Shown here one piece after another: positions 16,890 to 20,434 of a stretch of DNA of 20,434 nucleotides. Source of the stretch: Deltaproteobacteria bacterium (lineage in GTDB: Bacteria; BMS3Abin14); the NCBI GenBank assembly GCA_013151915.1, contig JAADHJ010000048.1, positions 1-20,434 of the forward strand, written 5' to 3'. The translations under genes were made by a program, and so were the position numbers. Each line of letters opens with the position of its first letter. Position 1 is the stretch's first letter. The notes under the pieces are model-generated. The model made no database searches. It was not told where the DNA came from and worked only from the letters and a program-made list of their open reading frames with translations.

Positions 16890-16958
16890 TGTCCTGTCCT
16901 TCAGGCCACCGCCTGAACCACATCTGTGATCAACAATTATTGAAAGCGGCTGACATCA

Positions 16959-18650
16959 TCACACTCCAGGCAGAACAAAGGAAAAAATGCAGCCCTCATT
17001 TTTCCTGGAGTCCCATTGGGTTGTGGGAGATTTCAACCAGATGCAGCCGTCATGGGCTTCCACCATCTGTTTGCAGACTGCAAGGCCGATGCCTATGCTC
17101 CTTCTCTCCGGCAGATTCATGGTTCTAATGGTGAAAAATTTGTCAAAAACAGAGTCCTGGTATTTTTCCGGGATACCCACCCCACTGTCGATGATCTCAT
17201 TAAGGATGTAAAATCTCCCATCCACCAGAGCCTCTCTGTAATGGGACGGAACACCGTTTTTCACACTTTTGAGATCAGAACCGGAGACCATGGTGGTGGA
17301 CACCTCTATCACACCCCCCTCTGGACTGTATTTGATAGCGTTGTCAAGGAGGTTGACAAAAATACGTGTCAATCGCACGCTGTCTCCAGCCATTTTCAGC
17401 GGTTTTGGTGGTACCTGATAGCGAATGGTGATCCCCTTGTCGTCCAGATGAAACTTCAGCTGCTGAATGCTGTTATGAACGATATCCCTGATATCAAAAA
17501 TGGTCTTGAAAAGATTGAACTGCCCGCTTTCACTTCGGTAGTTATCCAGCAGGTCGTTTGCAAGCCCATAGATCTGCTTCGTGGTACCGATGGCCATGGT
17601 GAGGATCTCCGATAGTTGTTCGTTAAAGGCAAGATCGGAATCGGCCAGGAGTTGAAGGGCTTTTTCAACCGAAAGGACAGGGTTCCTCATATCGTGAGTC
17701 ACCATGGCAACCAGGTCTTCTTTCATTCGCTGGACCCTTTTTTCCTCCGAGATATCACGAACCACCGCGACATATCCCGCATTTCTTTCCTTTTCAGGAT
17801 CGACGATCCCGGAGAGGGACACATGGACGGGAAATTCGGTCTGGTCCGATTTCTTCGCCAGCAATTCTCCCAACCAGCTCTTCTCCCGACAATGATTTGA
17901 GGCTTTATCCAGATAAGTATCCACAGATTCCTGACCCGCCAGCAGTGACAGAATCGACCTGCCGGCCAACTGGCCGGCATCCCATTGAAAAATATGCTCG
18001 CTGGCGCTGTTGACCATGGTGATGTTGTGTTCGTTGTCCGTTGAAATAATGCTGTCGGAAACGCTGTTGATGAGAACATGCAGGTATTCCTGAGAACTTT
18101 TGAAAAGCCGATACTTTCCAAGCACCAACTCGCTCACCGTTTTCGTGATAAGCGCCATCAGGTTGACGATGTCCAACAGGCGGGAGCTACTCATGATCGG
18201 GATCTGCGCCAACTCGCGCATATATCCTGAAACATCCGAAATCCCTATGGAAAGAGCCCTCTCACGGGCCACATCCTCTTCCAAAGGTTCTTCCAGCACC
18301 TGTCCGCACAAAACGGTCGCAAGGTGATATCCATCAACAACTACGGGAGCCGCACAGTCGATCAGCCCCGCGTTGAGACAACTATAGATGACCGGCGCCC
18401 TTTTTCGGGCCGATTCCTGTCCCCCGTACCAGTCGCTCTGTCGGCACTTCCTTATGCCTTCTTCGGTGCTCCTGCAATACTTCTCACAAAGCCGCGTAAA
18501 ATTGTGCGGCTTTGTTATGGGCGTCCCATCCACATGGACGATAATGGACGCCACTCCCGTCGCCTTCGTAAAAACAGCGAGAATCTCCTCCAGATCGAAT
18601 TCACCGATGAGGTTCAGCAGGTTACTCAGATACTCCATGGAAGTACCCAT
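16959..18650 (-). CDS. Cytoplasmic sensor histidine kinase with N-terminal PocR ligand-binding domain, PAS domain, HisKA and HATPase_c
   Basis: The N-terminus (FTKATGVASIIVHVDGTPITKPHNFTRLCEKYCRSTEEGIRKCRQSD) resembles a PocR sensory domain. A PAS-like middle region is followed by an H-box (VAMVTHDMRNPV) and N/G boxes (LLDNAIKYSP, DSGVGIP, GIGLAVCK). No hydrophobic transmembrane segment is present. Confidence 0.85.
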   Translation of the reverse strand: MGTSMEYLSNLLNLIGEFDLEEILAVFTKATGVASIIVHVDGTPITKPHNFTRLCEKYCRSTEEGIRKCRQSDWYGGQESARKRAPVIYSCLNAGLIDCAAPVVVDGYHLATVLCGQVLEEPLEEDVARERALSIGISDVSGYMRELAQIPIMSSSRLLDIVNLMALITKTVSELVLGKYRLFKSSQEYLHVLINSVSDSIISTDNEHNITMVNSASEHIFQWDAGQLAGRSILSLLAGQESVDTYLDKASNHCREKSWLGELLAKKSDQTEFPVHVSLSGIVDPEKERNAGYVAVVRDISEEKRVQRMKEDLVAMVTHDMRNPVLSVEKALQLLADSDLAFNEQLSEILTMAIGTTKQIYGLANDLLDNYRSESGQFNLFKTIFDIRDIVHNSIQQLKFHLDDKGITIRYQVPPKPLKMAGDSVRLTRIFVNLLDNAIKYSPEGGVIEVSTTMVSGSDLKSVKNGVPSHYREALVDGRFYILNEIIDSGVGIPEKYQDSVFDKFFTIRTMNLPERRSIGIGLAVCKQMVEAHDGCIWLKSPTTQWDSRKNEGCIFSFVLPGV

Positions 18651-18947
18651 TTTTTCAGAGAAGGGCCGAGAGACGGTCCGGGCAGCTATTATTTATCATC
18701 AATCAGGTTCCATCTCCCTTGGATTCGCCACACAAAGAATCCTCCAGGCGACCATCCGCCCGGGGAAAACATCAATAATATTCGAGTATTCAGGGTATCT
18801 TATAGCATGAAGCAATCGAGTCAAGTTCCAATTAAACTCCTGTTGAGCCAAAATCTCAGATTGGTAAAGGCCAATTTACCTGAGAAGGTGGTCTCCTGTC
18901 TTTCTTTATGATTCATCCTGGAAATGAGTACCTGGATGATGACCATA

Positions 18948-18997
18948 CCCCACCATTTGTCATCGCGAACCGTATCCCACCGTTTGTCATCGCGAGC
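18948..18997. repeat. Two direct copies of CCCACC(A/G)TTTGTCATCGCGA(A/G)C spaced 27 bp apart, upstream of the kinase operon
   Basis: Read directly. A third, degenerate inverted copy (TCGCAATGACAGC) lies at about 19118-19131. Confidence 0.5.
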
Positions 18998-19221
18998 TGA
19001 AACTTATGCGAAGCGATCCCGTAGCGACCGGGGGGCGCCGTGACAAGCTTTTCAGCTTCCGTCTTCGCTCTGGTAGCTTCGACGCGGTAAACCGTCACTC
19101 TCGTCTCCCTCGATGCTCCTCGCAATGACAGCAAAATAATAAAGGTACGCATTAACCGGATGAACCTTCTTTGATTATTCACAGGATTGCCTTTGACCGC
19201 AGGGGGTAAAGTTGACCCCAA

Positions 19222-19299
19222 TGGGTTGGTTAAGAAGGAATCATTAAGAAGGGATCAGGGGAGGATCAAAGGGGAAGGGGAGTTGAGGAGGGCAAAGAA
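19222..19299. repeat. ~75-nt polypurine (plus-strand) / polypyrimidine (minus-strand) low-complexity tract
   Basis: aagaaggaatcattaagaagggatcaggggaggatcaaaggggaaggggagttgaggagggcaaagaaaag is almost entirely A/G. It lies immediately downstream (minus-strand sense) of the terminator of the PEP-CTERM gene. Confidence 0.5.
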
Positions 19300-19321
19300 A
19301 AGGCGGCCCCGGAGAGCCGCC
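19291..19321 (-). terminator. Rho-independent terminator for the PEP-CTERM gene
   Basis: Minus strand reads GGCGGC-TCTCCGGG-GCCGCC followed by TTTTCTTTG, 25 nt after the stop codon. Confidence 0.6.
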
Positions 19322-19346
19322 ATGTTAAGTCATAAAAACTACCTTG

Positions 19347-20039
19347 CTAAACCTGAAACTTCCTCCTGAAGCCTGCCAGGCCCACCAAGCCCGTTCCAAG
19401 CAGGAGCAGGGTGGAGGGTTCGGGGACTTCTGTGGAGGGTTCGGGGACTTCTGTAACTCCGAATATCCCCTCAAAATTATCGATGATATACAGTGTGTCT
19501 CTTTCTTCATCTTCCATGGTCAGGGTGTGAATACTGTCGAAGTTAAAAAGAGCATAAGAAGCGACACCTGGAAAGCTGACGTCGATAATCCCCTCTGGAT
19601 AATCGCTCAGGTTAGTTCCATCCGGATAAGTGTATAAAGCATACTCGAATGCAGAAGCGAGAAGATTATCCGAGCTGTCATAAACATCAAAGGTTGCCCC
19701 GCCATCAGTTATCTCATAGCTAAGAGCAAAACCGAACTTTAAATAATCCACAGCGCCGATTAGAAAATCGACCTTGAGAGCTGGACTCAATGAGGCGGAC
19801 CCCTCTAATCCCGGTTCATTGATAAAGGACATATTCGAGCCGGGACCATAAAGACCAAAACCGTGAGGATCGGTTGTCGAAAAGATAACATCATTTATCG
19901 AGTCACTGTTGCTGTCAAAGCCGTAACTGTTTACGCCCGAAACAGCATCGTCGAAGGTCAATATAGTGGCCTGCGCATTAGTACCGGCCAGACATAAGCC
20001 AAAAACAAAAAATACGATAATCAGGGTTACCTTTTTCAT
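19347..20039 (-). CDS. Secreted PEP-CTERM sorting-domain protein (exosortase substrate) with internal TEVPEPS duplication
   Basis: N-terminal signal peptide (MKKVTLIIVFFVFGLCLAGTNAQA). The C-terminus VPEPSTLLLLGTGLVGLAGFRRK is a PEP motif plus transmembrane helix plus basic tail. GGAGA ribosome-binding site upstream. Confidence 0.8.
   Translation of the reverse strand: MKKVTLIIVFFVFGLCLAGTNAQATILTFDDAVSGVNSYGFDSNSDSINDVIFSTTDPHGFGLYGPGSNMSFINEPGLEGSASLSPALKVDFLIGAVDYLKFGFALSYEITDGGATFDVYDSSDNLLASAFEYALYTYPDGTNLSDYPEGIIDVSFPGVASYALFNFDSIHTLTMEDEERDTLYIIDNFEGIFGVTEVPEPSTEVPEPSTLLLLGTGLVGLAGFRRKFQV
19413..19454. repeat. Perfect 21-bp tandem duplication (GGAGGGTTCGGGGACTTCTGT x2) inside the PEP-CTERM gene
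   Basis: Read directly. It encodes TEVPEPS-TEVPEPS immediately before the PEP-CTERM anchor. Confidence 0.9.
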
Positions 20040-20434
20040 GTTTATTGTCTCCTTTACGTAATTATCCCGCTTTTAAAACCTGGTTTATTCTGGAGGGGTC
20101 CGGGCCTTTTCGACACTCCCAAACTCATCCCCTCAGGGACGTCCCCTGCGGCTTCTTTCGACTATCCTTCTTTGTTATGGTTACGCAATTATTGATCCAA
20201 CCATCAATTTCATAGACATGAAATATGTAACTATAGGAATTTAAAAGGAAAGAAGCTTAATGAGGAGTTTGAGATGATCATTTGATTTCTTCAGGTTTTG
20301 CAAAGAAAGCCGACAGGTTAAACCAGAAGGGGTATGAAGGATAGCCTTATCACATACAAATCGACAACTTAGCCGCAACCCCACAGATCGTAAGAAAATC
20401 CGACATGTTTACACTTTTTCAGTCGTTTCTATCG

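Noticed and set aside
18870-18905. Possible cobalamin riboswitch B12-box on the minus strand (AGACAGGAGACCACC)
   Set aside because: There are three mismatches to the B12-box consensus, including conserved positions. I could not find the other conserved riboswitch elements nearby. The location upstream of a histidine kinase is also atypical.
18913-19221. 102-aa minus-strand ORF in the kinase-upstream intergenic region
   Set aside because: No ribosome-binding site and no recognisable fold. It spans the direct-repeat region and is more likely non-coding regulatory DNA.
19187-19369. 60-aa plus-strand ORF rich in K/R/E/G
   Set aside because: It is encoded by the polypurine tract. Its composition is a direct consequence of A/G-only DNA, and it overlaps the terminator and the 3' end of the PEP-CTERM gene.
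1-20434. CRISPR arrays, IS elements/transposases, integrases, tRNA/rRNA genes
   Set aside because: I found no regularly spaced repeats, no transposase or integrase-like translations in any frame, and no tRNA-like cloverleaf candidates while reading the window.

Overview
Most of this window (about 1.6 to 15.4 kb) is a single minus-strand operon for a bacterial microcompartment (BMC) built around a B12-dependent diol/glycerol dehydratase. Roughly 56% GC, a PEP-CTERM protein, and homology-based identification throughout.

Gene order on the minus strand is: glycerol dehydrogenase (GldA family), PduA-like BMC-H, PduB-type BMC-T, dehydratase large/medium/small subunits (PduCDE-like), reactivase large/small subunits (PduGH-like), a BMC-H with a long acidic/basic disordered tail, a second permuted BMC-T, EutJ-like ATPase, a flavoprotein-fold protein with a PduM-like N-terminus, the BMC-P vertex protein, a PduO-type adenosyltransferase, a separate DUF336/GlcG-like protein, and a CoA-acylating aldehyde dehydrogenase.

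Upstream on the same strand lies a candidate sensing module: a cytoplasmic PocR-PAS histidine kinase, a NarL/FixJ-type response regulator and a stand-alone receiver. Beyond it is a PEP-CTERM secreted protein. At the left end, a TetR regulator and an NmrA-like oxidoreductase on the plus strand converge on the operon, with a perfect 12-2-12 palindrome between them.

The locus is atypical for a PDU-type BMC in several ways:
- No PduL, PduQ, PduW, PduS, PduK, PduT, PduU or PduV homolog is visible, while GldA and EutJ are present.
- PduO is split into two genes.
- Encapsulation-peptide-like helices sit at unusual positions: the N-terminus of the small subunit, the C-terminus of the small reactivase subunit, and the N-terminus of the flavoprotein.
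- One BMC-H carries a histone-like tail.
- Control appears to be by a PocR-domain two-component system rather than an AraC-type PocR.

All calls are from reading the translations; nothing was searched against a database. Antisense ORFs in the six-frame track are treated as high-GC artefacts.
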